A stretch of 64,000 bases of DNA from Octopus vulgaris (taxonomy: Eukaryota): the NCBI GenBank assembly GCA_951406725.2, contig OX597822.1:74648001-74712000 (forward strand), read 5' to 3'. The position numbers were made by a program, and so were the translations under genes. Positions 53,428 to 64,000 of the stretch are shown one piece after another (the first letter of the stretch is position 1; the number at the start of each line of letters is the position of its first letter). A model generated the notes under the pieces. The model saw only the letters and a list, made by a program, of their open reading frames with translations. It did not search any database and had not been told where the DNA came from.

Positions 53428-54879
53428 GTAAAAAAAATTGTATTTGGACATTTTATTCTGAGTTCTTGTTGTTGTTGTTGTTGTTAGCAGTGTTGCTAAT
53501 GAGCTTGTTATTGATTTTATTGTTACGGATCTTACTAACTGTTTTTGTTGTGATTGGCAGTATTACTCTTTTACTCTTTTACTAGTTTCAGTCATTTGAC
53601 TGTGGCCATACTGGAGCACTGCCTTTAGTCTAGCAAATCGACCCTGGGACTTATTCTTTGTAAGCCTAGTACTTATTCTATCAGTCTCTTTTGCCAAACT
53701 GCTAAGTTACAGGAACGTAAACACACCACCATCAGTTGTCAAGCGATGAATGGCAGACAGAGACACACAAACATATACACACATACATACATATATATAC
53801 ATATATACGACGGGCTTCTTTCAGTTTCTGTCTACCAAATCCTCTCACAAGGCTTTGGTCGGCCCGAGGCTACAGTAGAAGACACTTGCCCCAGGTGCCA
53901 TGCAGTGGGACTGAACCTGGAACCATGTGGTTCGTAAGCAAGCTACTTACCATACAGCCACTCCTACACCTATGTTAATATTGTTAATATTCTTTTCTGC
54001 TCTAGGCTCAAGGCCCAAAATTTTGGGGGAGTGAGGGCCAGTCAATTAGATCAACCCCAGTACACAACTGTTACTTAATTTATTGACTCCGAAAGGATGA
54101 AAGGCAAAGTCGACCTTGGCAGAATTTCAACTCAGAAAATAAAGACGGATGAAATACTGCTATGCATTTTGCCTGGTGTGCTAACCATTCTGCCAGCTCA
54201 CCACCTGATATTGTTAATATTGTTGCTGTTGTTGTTGATATAGTTGAGTTGGTTGATGTTGCTTTGAATGATGTTACTGATGATGTTGTTTGGTTGAAGG
54301 TCAACTCTGAGCTTTTATCCATGACACCTTGTTGTTAATATGTTTATTGCAGTTCTTGTTGTAGATGTTGTTAATGTTTATTTATCACTTCAGGCAAAAT
54401 ATGTTATTGTCTCAGCTTCAGTCTTAATGAAAAACAAACCCCAAAAACAACTGTATCCTCTACAATGTATATTGAGCACTCCTTTCTCATTCATTCAATA
54501 TGAAGCAACCCATAAACCCATATATATACATATGAGACCCACTTTGGTCATGACACAAACCATGGGATTGCACCTAGGAAGTTACCCTCCCAGACACAAG
54601 TCCGGGCAAGGTTGTTTATGGAAAACCAGCAGTCGTCCATGCATACCAGCCTCCCCATTCCATGCCACCAGTGTTATCCGAGGGAAAGGCAAAAGCCGAT
54701 ACAGCTTGGCATCTGTGACGTCGCAACTCATTTCTACAGCTGAGTTAACTGGAGTAACGTGAAATAAAGTGTCTTGCTCAAGAACACAACACACAGCCTG
54801 GTCCGGGATTTGGGCTCACAACCTCACGATCATAAGCTCGACGCTCTAACCACTGAGCTATGAACAATGAATTGTCAAG

Positions 54880-55085
54880 TCATTTAGAATGCTTCAACAC
54901 GTTCTCCAGCTCCAGCCTTGCTGCATTGGCTGCAAGCCTGGGTATTGCTACCTGTAATGTAGAGAAGAAGAAAATATTCAAATACAGGAATACAACAGGC
55001 TGCTATCAGATTGTGTTGGTCAGCATGGCGACCTCAGATGTTCTTGAAACCCTCACTGTTGACTTTCTTCATAAAATCAGGATAA
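54880..55085 (+). mobile_element. Possible decayed CRE-like non-LTR retrotransposon restriction-like endonuclease fragment
   Basis: TFSSSSLAA..ATCNVEKKKIFKY..YQIVLVSMATSDVL..FLHKI loosely fits AExxKxxKY..YxFxPxAxETxG..FL. Confidence 0.35.
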
Positions 55086-55190
55086 CTATGACCTGTCTGA
55101 GAAATTAATCCTTCAAGGTGGGATGGTTGCTGCAGTGAGTGGCACTGGCCATTTTCTGCAGCAACACCTTTGCACTCATGTCCATGAGGT

Positions 55191-55728
55191 GTGGCTAAAT
55201 GCATTAGGCATGGCTAAATACGTCAGGCATGGCTAAACATGCCAGGTGTGATTAAACACGCCATGTGTAGCTAAACGTGCATGTAAGGCTAAAAATGTCA
55301 TGCAGGGCTGAACACACAGGCAAGGCTAAAGGCCAGGCGTGGCTAAACATGCTGGGCATGGCTAAACACGCAAGGCATGGCTAAACACATCAGGTGTGGC
55401 TAAACATGTCAGGCATAACTAAACATGCCAGGCTTGGCTAAACATACGAGGCGTGGTTAAATACGTCAGGTGTGACTAAACATGCCAGGCATGGCTAAAC
55501 ATGCAGGGTGTGGTTAAATACGCCAGGTGTAGCTAAACATGCTAGGCGTGGCTAAACACACTGCATATAGCTAAAGATGCCAGGTGTGGCTAAATGTGCT
55601 AGGCATGACTAAACATGCAGGGTGTAGTTAAATATGCCAGGTGTGGCTAAACATGCTGGGCGTGGCTAAACTTGCTGGGTGTGGTTAAACACACTGGGTC
55701 TGGCTAAACATGCCAGGTGTGGCTAAGC
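55191..55728. repeat. 19-bp minisatellite (GGCTAAACATGCCAGGTGT-like), about 28 diverged units
   Basis: GGCTAAA recurs at 55193, 55212, 55231 and onward. Confidence 0.93.
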
Positions 55729-55888
55729 ATACCATTTGTTCTGGGGTGTACAATCCATTCTTCCTTCCCCGCCTCTTCTGCTGCTTATTCCCCACTTTTT
55801 TCTTTTTCTTTATTTCCTTCTTTCTTGATAATGTGTTCTTTTTTATACTTTTAATGGTTTTTTTAAATTTCTTTTTAAATCTCTTCAG

Positions 55889-56011
55889 CCGGATTATGTA
55901 CAGCACTTACCTGAAGTGAATGCTACCTTGCATTTTGGATTGATCAGTGTTCAAGGAGTTCTGTTGATGAGCCACAAGTACTATACAGTCTCCAAATATG
56001 TGATATTTGAT
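55889..56011 (+). CDS. RPTP exon 17: PDYVQHLPEVNATLHFGLISV...YTVSKYVIFD
   Basis: Aligns to the KCxxYWP...YGxIxV region (degenerate); phase 0-0, 123 nt; donor GTAAGG. Confidence 0.85.
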
Positions 56012-57107
56012 GTAAGGCTTCCACTCTTTCTATCGGAACTCCACCACCTCCTCTCCTCCTCCTCCTCCTCCTTTCTCCTCCTCCACCTCCTCATATTCCT
56101 CCTTTTTCCTCCTCTTTTCTCCTTTCTCCTTCTCCTCCTTCCACCTCCTCATCTTCCTCCTTTCTCCTCCTCTTTTCTCCTTTCTCCTCCTCCTCCTCCT
56201 CCACACCCTCATCTTCCTCCTTTCTTCTCCTCTTTTTTCCTTTCCTCTTCTCCTTCTCCACCTCCTACTCCTCCTCCTCTTCCACCTTTCTCCTCTTTTC
56301 TCCTGCTTCTCCTCATCCACCACCTTCTCCTCCACTACCACCACCTCCTCTCCTCCTACTCCATTCTCCCCCCCCTCCAACACCACTACTTCCTCCTCTT
56401 CCCTCCTTCCCCCTCCTCCCCTCCTTTCCACTTAAACTGCTTCCTTTATCTTCTTTGCTTTCTTGTATTTCTTCAGCCTTAATTTCCTTGTGACCTCTTC
56501 TCTCTTACACACACACACACATACACACCCCCACCTGCGCATATGTGCATACACATGAATGAATACTCACAAACGCACGCACGCACACACACACACACAC
56601 ACACACACATGCACACACACGCATGTATGAATACTCACATATGCATGCATGCACACACATGCACACACACACGCACACACACACATGCACACACACACAC
56701 ACACACGCGCACACACATGCACATGCACACACGCACACACACATGTATGAATACTCACATATGCACACACGCACACATGCACACACAGACATGCCCACAC
56801 ACACATGGACACACAAACACATACACATATGTGTATACACATGTATGAATACCCACATGCATGTGCATCCCCCCACACACATGCACATATGTGTATATGC
56901 ATGTATGAATACTCACATGTGCATGCACACACACACACACGCACGCACACATACATGTTAGTGTGAGTGTGGGTGTATATATGTATGCATATAAATATAT
57001 ACATATATATGTGTGTGTATATATATATATAAAACTTTTTTTTGACTTTTACTTTATTTACATATATATTATGTAGCCTAAGTGTGTGTGTATGGGTGTG
57101 TGTGTGA

Positions 57108-57142
<35 letters not shown>

Positions 57143-57292
57143 CATATAAGTATATTGTTCAAATGTTCAGAAAAAGGACAAAGACAAGTAAGGGAACAAC
57201 AAGCAGATGTATTAGTTTGATACCCGGGAAGAGGGAAAACTCATTGACATTTCAAGCTAATGCTCTTCATCAGAAAGGAATGAGAGGAAAAA

Positions 57293-57357
<65 letters not shown>

Positions 57358-58340
57358 GAGATGCACACACACATTTATATATAATCAAGATGTTGTAAAG
57401 AAGACTGGAGAATTATACATCTTCAGAACTTGTTTATTGAATTATTATTCTTATAAGATTCCAACCCAACATGTGTTTCTGCTGCTTAAGTGTCCTAATG
57501 TCCTTCAATGTAGCATTTATATGCATTTAGTCGATTAATTTGCAGTACATATTCATCCAAGGTAGACCTTCTAAGGAGCTTTGTTCAAGTGGGTGAGTCA
57601 AGCAAACTGTCTGCTTTCTATGCTGGCATGGGTTGGACAGTTTGACTGAGGACTGGTGAACTAGAGGCTGCACCAGGCTCTATCTGATCTGGCAAAGTTT
57701 CTACAGCTGGATGCCCTTCCTAATGCCAACCACTCTGAGAGTGTAGTAGGTGATTTTACATGCCACCAGCATGAGGGCCAGTCAGGTGGTTCTGGCAACG
57801 ACCATGCTCAAAAGGTGTTTTTACATGCTACCTGCACGAAGCCAGTCCGGCGTCACTGGCAACGAAATCCTTCTTAAACTATATTCTTGGTCTGTGGTTA
57901 CCGAAGTGAGCAGTATTGTCTCTGTGAGGGTGGTGGAAAGTTCAAAGGAGGCATTGAAGGAAAGTGGAGCAATAATGGGGTAGCGTTTCATGTAAAAAAG
58001 CTGGGCGATAATGGGGTAGCAATTCATGCAAAAACAACAAAATAATGAGTTCATTAAGTTAAGTTTTGTGAAATACAGTTGCTTTGAATTTGCTTTGTGA
58101 TGGTCAGTTGGCATGGGGCCACTAGGAATGTGGTCTGGGTGTCAAGGGGATGGCAGCCTGAAAATGTTTGAGAACCACTGTTCTAGGTGAGGGGTCATAA
58201 ACCTCAGGGTACATGATAGTAGTGTTTGCATGATATACAACATGACTATAGTTCTAGTATCATTTAAATTATACTTATATATATATGTAATGGTGGTGCA
58301 TCAGCATGGCCACAGCTCTGAGCTGAAACTAGAAAAAAAA

Positions 58341-58396
<56 letters not shown>

Positions 58397-58468
58397 GTAT
58401 AAAGCCACTTATAAAATCTTCAATTTTACGTTTAGTTACATTATATATATGTATTTTTTTTTTTGCAG

Positions 58469-58626
58469 CCCAAATCTAAACCTTTTGTCAGCCGCACAAT
58501 AACACAATACAACTTCACTGCTTGGCCTGAAGGAATGATTCCAGCAAAACCAGAATATATTTTAAACTTTCGCCAGAAAGTCAACTCTTGCAGTGATTTG
58601 AAATATCCAATTGTTGTTCAAAGCAA
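58469..58626 (+). CDS. RPTP exon 18: ...QYNFTAWPEGMIP...YPIVVQS
   Basis: QxxFxxWPx loop and PIVV motif; phase 0-2; donor GTGAGT. Confidence 0.94.
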
Positions 58627-58689
58627 GTGAGTGATGAGTAATTGTTTTTTAACTAGACCATCATCAACATCATCATCATAATCATCATC

Positions 58690-58723
<34 letters not shown>

Positions 58724-58860
58724 ACATCATCATCATCAACATCATCATCATCATCATCATCAACATCATCATCATCAACATCAACATCATCATCATCATC
58801 ATCATCAACATCATCATCATCAACATCAACATCATCATCATCATCATCTTCATCAACATT

Positions 58861-58912
<52 letters not shown>

Positions 58913-58964
58913 CCACCACCACCATACCACCACCACCACCACCACCACCACCACCACCACCACC

Positions 58965-59037
<73 letters not shown>

Positions 59038-59857
59038 ACAACATCATTTAGCATCTGTTTTCCATACTGGCATGGGTTAGTTGGTTTAACTGGAACTGGT
59101 AAGCTGGAGAGCTGCATCAGGTTCCAGTCCTATTTTGGCTTGGTTTCTGTGGCTGGACGCCCTTCCTAATGCCAACCACTCCGTGGGTGTAATGGATGCT
59201 TTTTATGTGTCACTGGCACCGGTGCCATTTACATGAGACTGGTAACGACCACAGCTATGATTCCATTTAGCTTGATGAGTCTTCTCAAGCACAGCAAATC
59301 GTGAAAGGTCTCACTCACTTGACATTGCCTCTGTGAGGCCCGACATCCAAAGATCACGCTACTGACAGCAAAAAATGTTTTTTAACTAGTTCATTTTAAT
59401 AAATCAAATATTTATGTTATATGGTATTTAATATGCCTGTATTTTTCTATGTTGCTCAGATACATGCTACTGGCTGCTCTGAGGTATTTCTATTAGTTCA
59501 TTTAGCAGATACAGTTTAGATTAATACTGTTTTAAGGTATCTTTATTTATGCCCTTGTAATTTAGCAGTTTGGTAAAAACAGATCAAACAGAACCAAACA
59601 GACATTGATTATAGAGTCTTGGCTTGCTGACCTTTGGCTTGCTGTCCTTCATTGCAAAAAATGTCTAGAAATTCTTTAATTTCAATTTGTATGACTTAAA
59701 CAAGTAAAAGATAATATATATAAGATTGCTTTCCCACCACATGGTTCCAGGTTAGGTCCCATTGCATGGTACCTCGGGCAAGTATCTTATACTATAGTCT
59801 CAGGCTGACCAAAACCGTGTCAGTGGATTTGGTTGATGGAAGCTGAAAGAAGGCCTT

Positions 59858-59919
<62 letters not shown>

Positions 59920-60215
59920 GACTAGCATGGAGAATGGACGTTAAACGATGATGATGATGTATATAATATTTACTGCTCTACATTTTAGAGTGTGCTTCTC
60001 CTCTCTGGATTTATGTATTTCTACAAATGGTCCTATATATATATCATCATATATATGTGTGTGTATGTATGTATGTATGTATGTATGTATGCATATATAT
60101 GTATATGCATGTATGTGTCTGTCTATGTATGTTTGTATGTATGTATGTATGTATGTATAATGTATGAGTCAGATACATGCTTGTGTGTGTATGGAGGGGA
60201 GAAAATCAAGTGAAT

Positions 60216-60370
60216 CTCAGGAAACATGGAAGTTTTGAAGGATGCAGTACTCCGACAACAGACAACTGATGCCGGCAGTTTGTTCCATGCTTCAGCAACT
60301 CTCAGCGTGAAAAAATGTTTCCTGAAGTCATGGGAGCTGTGCTGTTTTCTGACTTTGTAAATATGTCCAC
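60216..60370 (-). mobile_element. CR1-clade LINE ORF2 C-terminal fragment
   Basis: GHIYKVRKQHSSHDFRKHFFTLRVAEAWNKLPASVV...FKTSM fits the CR1 FFxxRV..WNxLP tail. Confidence 0.8.
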
Positions 60371-60551
60371 TTTGTAAATATGTCTAGGGCAGATTCGTTT
60401 GACTGAGCTTCTTCAAGGTGGTGCCCCAGCATGGCCACGGTCTAATGACTGAAACAAGAAAAAGATAAACGATAAAAGAAAAGTTTGAATAAATTATTTT
60501 TGTAAATTTTGAATTTGTTTAACAATGAAGAATATTACCATTATATTTCAG

Positions 60552-60687
60552 AACTGGCGCTGGGTCTACTGGGGCATATATATGCCTTGATATTCTTCTG
60601 GAGAAATTGGAACAAAACAAAGCTCTCAACACAGCATATAGCATCAGAAGTTTGTATAATGAAAGATGTCTGATATTCACTAAACGG
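60552..60687 (+). CDS. RPTP exon 19: KTGAGSTGAYICLDILLE...ERCLIFTKR
   Basis: Aligns to SAGxGRTGxxIxxD; 136 nt phase 2-0; donor GTATGT. Confidence 0.93.
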
Positions 60688-63213
60688 GTATGTATGATTT
60701 ATTGGATTTCTTTGTAAATATTCAGTCTTTGGTTACGAATGAAGATCAAAATAAGGAGATGCAGATGCTTGCGTTTGAATGCAGACAGCCACTTTTTTTA
60801 ATTTCCTGACACACAGAAAGATGCAATTTAGGCACCTGTGCCTATATTTATCACAATTGCCTTAAGATGCACTCCAAATATTAGCAGTGCATATTGTGAA
60901 AAATGTGAGCACCAGTTTAGGAGAGGTCCAACTATGCAAATATGGTCCAGGGTGATTTTATGTGAGACATTTTTGGGGGCAAAAGTGAATCTTGTGTAGA
61001 ATCAGGTATTGGTTTCAAATTGTGACACAATACCAGTAATATCAGGGGAGAGGTTAAGTGAATTGTATTGACTCTAGTGCTTAACTAGTACTTATCCTAT
61101 TTCAGTTACATAATTTTTGTGTATCTGTTGGAATTAATAGAGAATCTTGATTCTCACGTGGAGGCACATGGCCGAGTGGTTAGAGCAGTGGACTTGAGGT
61201 CAAACGATCATGGGTTCGAATCTTAGACCAGGCAAAACACTTAAGCTCCACACGGCTCTGGCAGAAGGTAATGGCAAAACTTCTGCTGACTCTTTCGTCA
61301 CAACTTTCTCTCACTCTTTCCTCCTGCATCTAGCAGCTCACCTGCAACGGACTGGCGTCCCATCCAGGTGAGGAACCTATACACCGATGAAACCTGGAAA
61401 CCGGCCCTTATGAGCCAGACATGGCTTGAACAAATAAACAAACAAAAACTTGTCTCTCACAGTATGGAAACATTTCCCATGGCACCAGCAGATTATTTAT
61501 TTAGTTATTTATTTGAAAGGATGAAAGGCAAAACTGATTCCAGCAGCATTTGAACTCAGAATATAAAAAGAGACAAAATACTTAGTGGCATTTTGTCGGG
61601 CTTGTAATGACTATATGCCAACTCACTGTCTTATATGGCACCAAATATTCTTTTGTACTCTAGGCACAAGGCCTGAAATTTTGGGGAGGTGGGCCAGTTG
61701 ATTAGATCGACCCTAGTACACAACTGGTACCTAATTTATTGACCCCAAAAGGATGAAAGGTAAAGTTGACCTTAGCAGAATTTGAACTCAGAACATGAAG
61801 ACAGATGCAACACCACTAAGCATTTCACCTGGCATGCTAACATTTCTGCCAGCTTGCCGCTTTAAAATATTCTTTTCTACTCTAGGCTCAAGGACCCCAA
61901 TTTTTTTTTTTTGGGGTGGGGGAGAGTTGATTAGATCGATCCCAGTATGCAACTTTTACTTAATTTATCAATCCCAAAAGGATGAAAGGCAAAGTCAACC
62001 TCAGTGGAATTTGAACTCAGAACATGAAGACAGACAAAACACCACTAAGCATTTCTCCCGGCATGCTCACATTTCTGCCAGTGAAGTCAATATATACAAG
62101 TGAAGTCAATATATGTAAGGCTGTCGCTAAGCCCCTGAAACCCCTGCAGTCACAGGAGTCCTCTGTGGTTGAGGGGCCCCATGTTAAGATCAAGGAAAGT
62201 AGTTGAATCATCTATTTACTTTGGTTAAGATAGTGAACAAGAATTAAACTATGTATGTTAACAGAAAATTTCAAGAAATAAAACGGTAATACATTGAACC
62301 TGCAAAAGTTCTTGTAAAAATATTTCATTGTACTGCTAACATGTACCAGACTGTGGATTGTCTATATCTATTGAACACAAACTTAGCTCTCAGTTTGATT
62401 ATTCTGAACTGATCGATGATTTGGCAGAGCAAAAAGTGTGCCATGCTTGTCTTTGAAAGTTGTCTAAATTGTAAAAGTGCTCTTTTATTCATATCAGGAA
62501 GTTTTACTTATTGAAATTTGTAATAGACTTAAATAAATTTAAGTTGTACTTTTAAAGATGTTCTTTAGGATAATGTGAAATTCTGAACTTCAGATAGAAC
62601 AAGGTAAAAATATAGTTATGAATAAAAGGTGTGTAGATTATGAATTTTGATTGAAGGGATGGGGCCCTCGAAACAGAAAGTTGCAGGAGGGACCTCTAAA
62701 AGTCACATGACAGAGCTGAATATATGTGATGGTTCTCTTGCACATGGCTCAGTGATATGGGCATCAATCTTATGACTGTGAAGTTGTGAGTTCAAATCCC
62801 TGACCGGGCTGTGTGTTGTGTTCTTGAGCAAGCCACTTTATTTCACATTGCTCCAGTTCACTCAGCTGTAGAAATGAGTTGCCATGTCACAGGTGCCAAG
62901 CTGTATCGGCCTTTGCCTTTTCCTTGGATAACATCGGTGGCATGGAGTGGGGAGGCTGGTATGCATGGGCGACTGCTGGTCTTACAAAAACAACTTTGTC
63001 CAGGCTTGTGCCTAGGAGAGTAACTTTCTAGGTGCAATCCCATGGTTATTTGTGACCGAAGGGGGTCTCCGCAGTCTCTTGCACTGAAATGTATGGCTTT
63101 GTTATAATTTTAGAAATCAGAGTTACATCTGCATTGAAGAAGTATATTTTCCTTTATTTGAAGCTTAGCCATTTATTGAAGATCATATGATTTTTTTTCT
63201 TCCTGTTTGCTAG

Positions 63214-63363
63214 GCACAACTTGAATTTGTTTACGATGTCATAACCGAGAGTATGATGACTTCTGGTTGTAACATTAACTTCAATGATTTAAAGAGTGAA
63301 ATTGAAAGAATTTCTGTTAAAGACGAAATCACTTGTTGGTCAATTGCAGACAGGCAGTTTATG
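63214..63363 (+). CDS. RPTP exon 20: end of D1 and D1-D2 linker (AQLEFVYDVITE...DRQFM)
   Basis: QYxFxYxxxxE-like motif; 150 nt phase 0-0; donor GTAAGT. Confidence 0.92.
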
Positions 63364-63372
63364 GTAAGTAAT

Positions 63373-63412
<40 letters not shown>

Positions 63413-63967
63413 TCCTATTTCTTTCTCTCTCTCTTGCTGGCATTTCTCTACTCCTCCCACCCTCCTCTTCACACCTGCCTCCCCTCCTCCTCCCTTCTTC
63501 CTCCTCCTTCTCCAGCCCTTTCCTCCTCCTCCACCTCTTTCCTCCACTTCCACCTCTTTCCTCCTCCACCTCTTTCCTCCTCCTCCACCTCTTTCCTCCT
63601 CCTCCCCTCGCCCTCCTCACCTTCTCTTCATCTTCCTCCTCCCCTCCGACCTACCCGTCCCACTCCTCTCATACTCCTCTTCTCCTCCTCTTCCTCCCAT
63701 CCATTTTGATATTTTCAGTGTCATTAACCATGATTAATACTTCTATCGTAACTTAATTTTCTTGATAAAAATAAAACGAGTATTGTACATGTTTTCTTTT
63801 TTTCTTTTTTCCATAATTGTACTCCTACTTTTGCACTACTCCATATATGCTCTCAACACACACACACACACCTTAACAGTATTCCTACAAGCAGCTCCAT
63901 ACCATCTCAGCACAGAATCCCCCCCAAAAAATTTCCTCCTTTATTGTCTTATGTAATTATTTTGCAG

Positions 63968-64000
63968 GACATCCTTCAGCCAGTCTGCCAGGGCAACAGT
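63968..64000 (+). CDS. RPTP exon 21 (partial): start of D2 region DILQPVCQGNS
   Basis: ttttgcAG acceptor, phase 0, open to window end. Confidence 0.7.

Noticed and set aside
54394-54530. Candidate extra exon after cttcAG (AKYVIVSASVLM...)
   Set aside because: No PTP similarity, no clear donor, and exons 16 and 17 already join correctly

Overview
Eukaryotic, AT-rich, repeat-dense genomic DNA, probably from an octopus/coleoid cephalopod (inferred from the SINE repertoire and the extreme TA/CA/CAT microsatellite load). Almost all ORF-track hits are microsatellite or SINE artefacts. By hand I assembled one + strand gene of 21 GT-AG exons (ATG 15954 to past the window end, 2445 nt = 815 uninterrupted codons). 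It encodes signal peptide - Cys-rich - EGF - remote F-lectin-like - EGF - F-type lectin - EGF - TM - PTP D1 - start of D2, a receptor protein tyrosine phosphatase. Its D1 has lost essentially every catalytic residue (VHCSAGxGR reads VQSKTGAGS), so it is a predicted receptor pseudophosphatase. The second highlight is a tRNA(Arg)-headed SINE (3 copies, 11-13 bp TSDs) that carries a Penelope-type minimal hammerhead ribozyme and a variable-length inverted terminus at its 5' junction, which suggests a SINE mobilised by Penelope-like elements. Also present: several independent hammerhead motifs, a perfect 94-bp-arm palindrome, two full-length decayed mariners (one nested in an RTE LINE), MITEs, LINE fragments, minisatellites, a half tRNA-Leu, and possible non-coding exons of a divergent minus-strand transcript at 0.5-6 kb.
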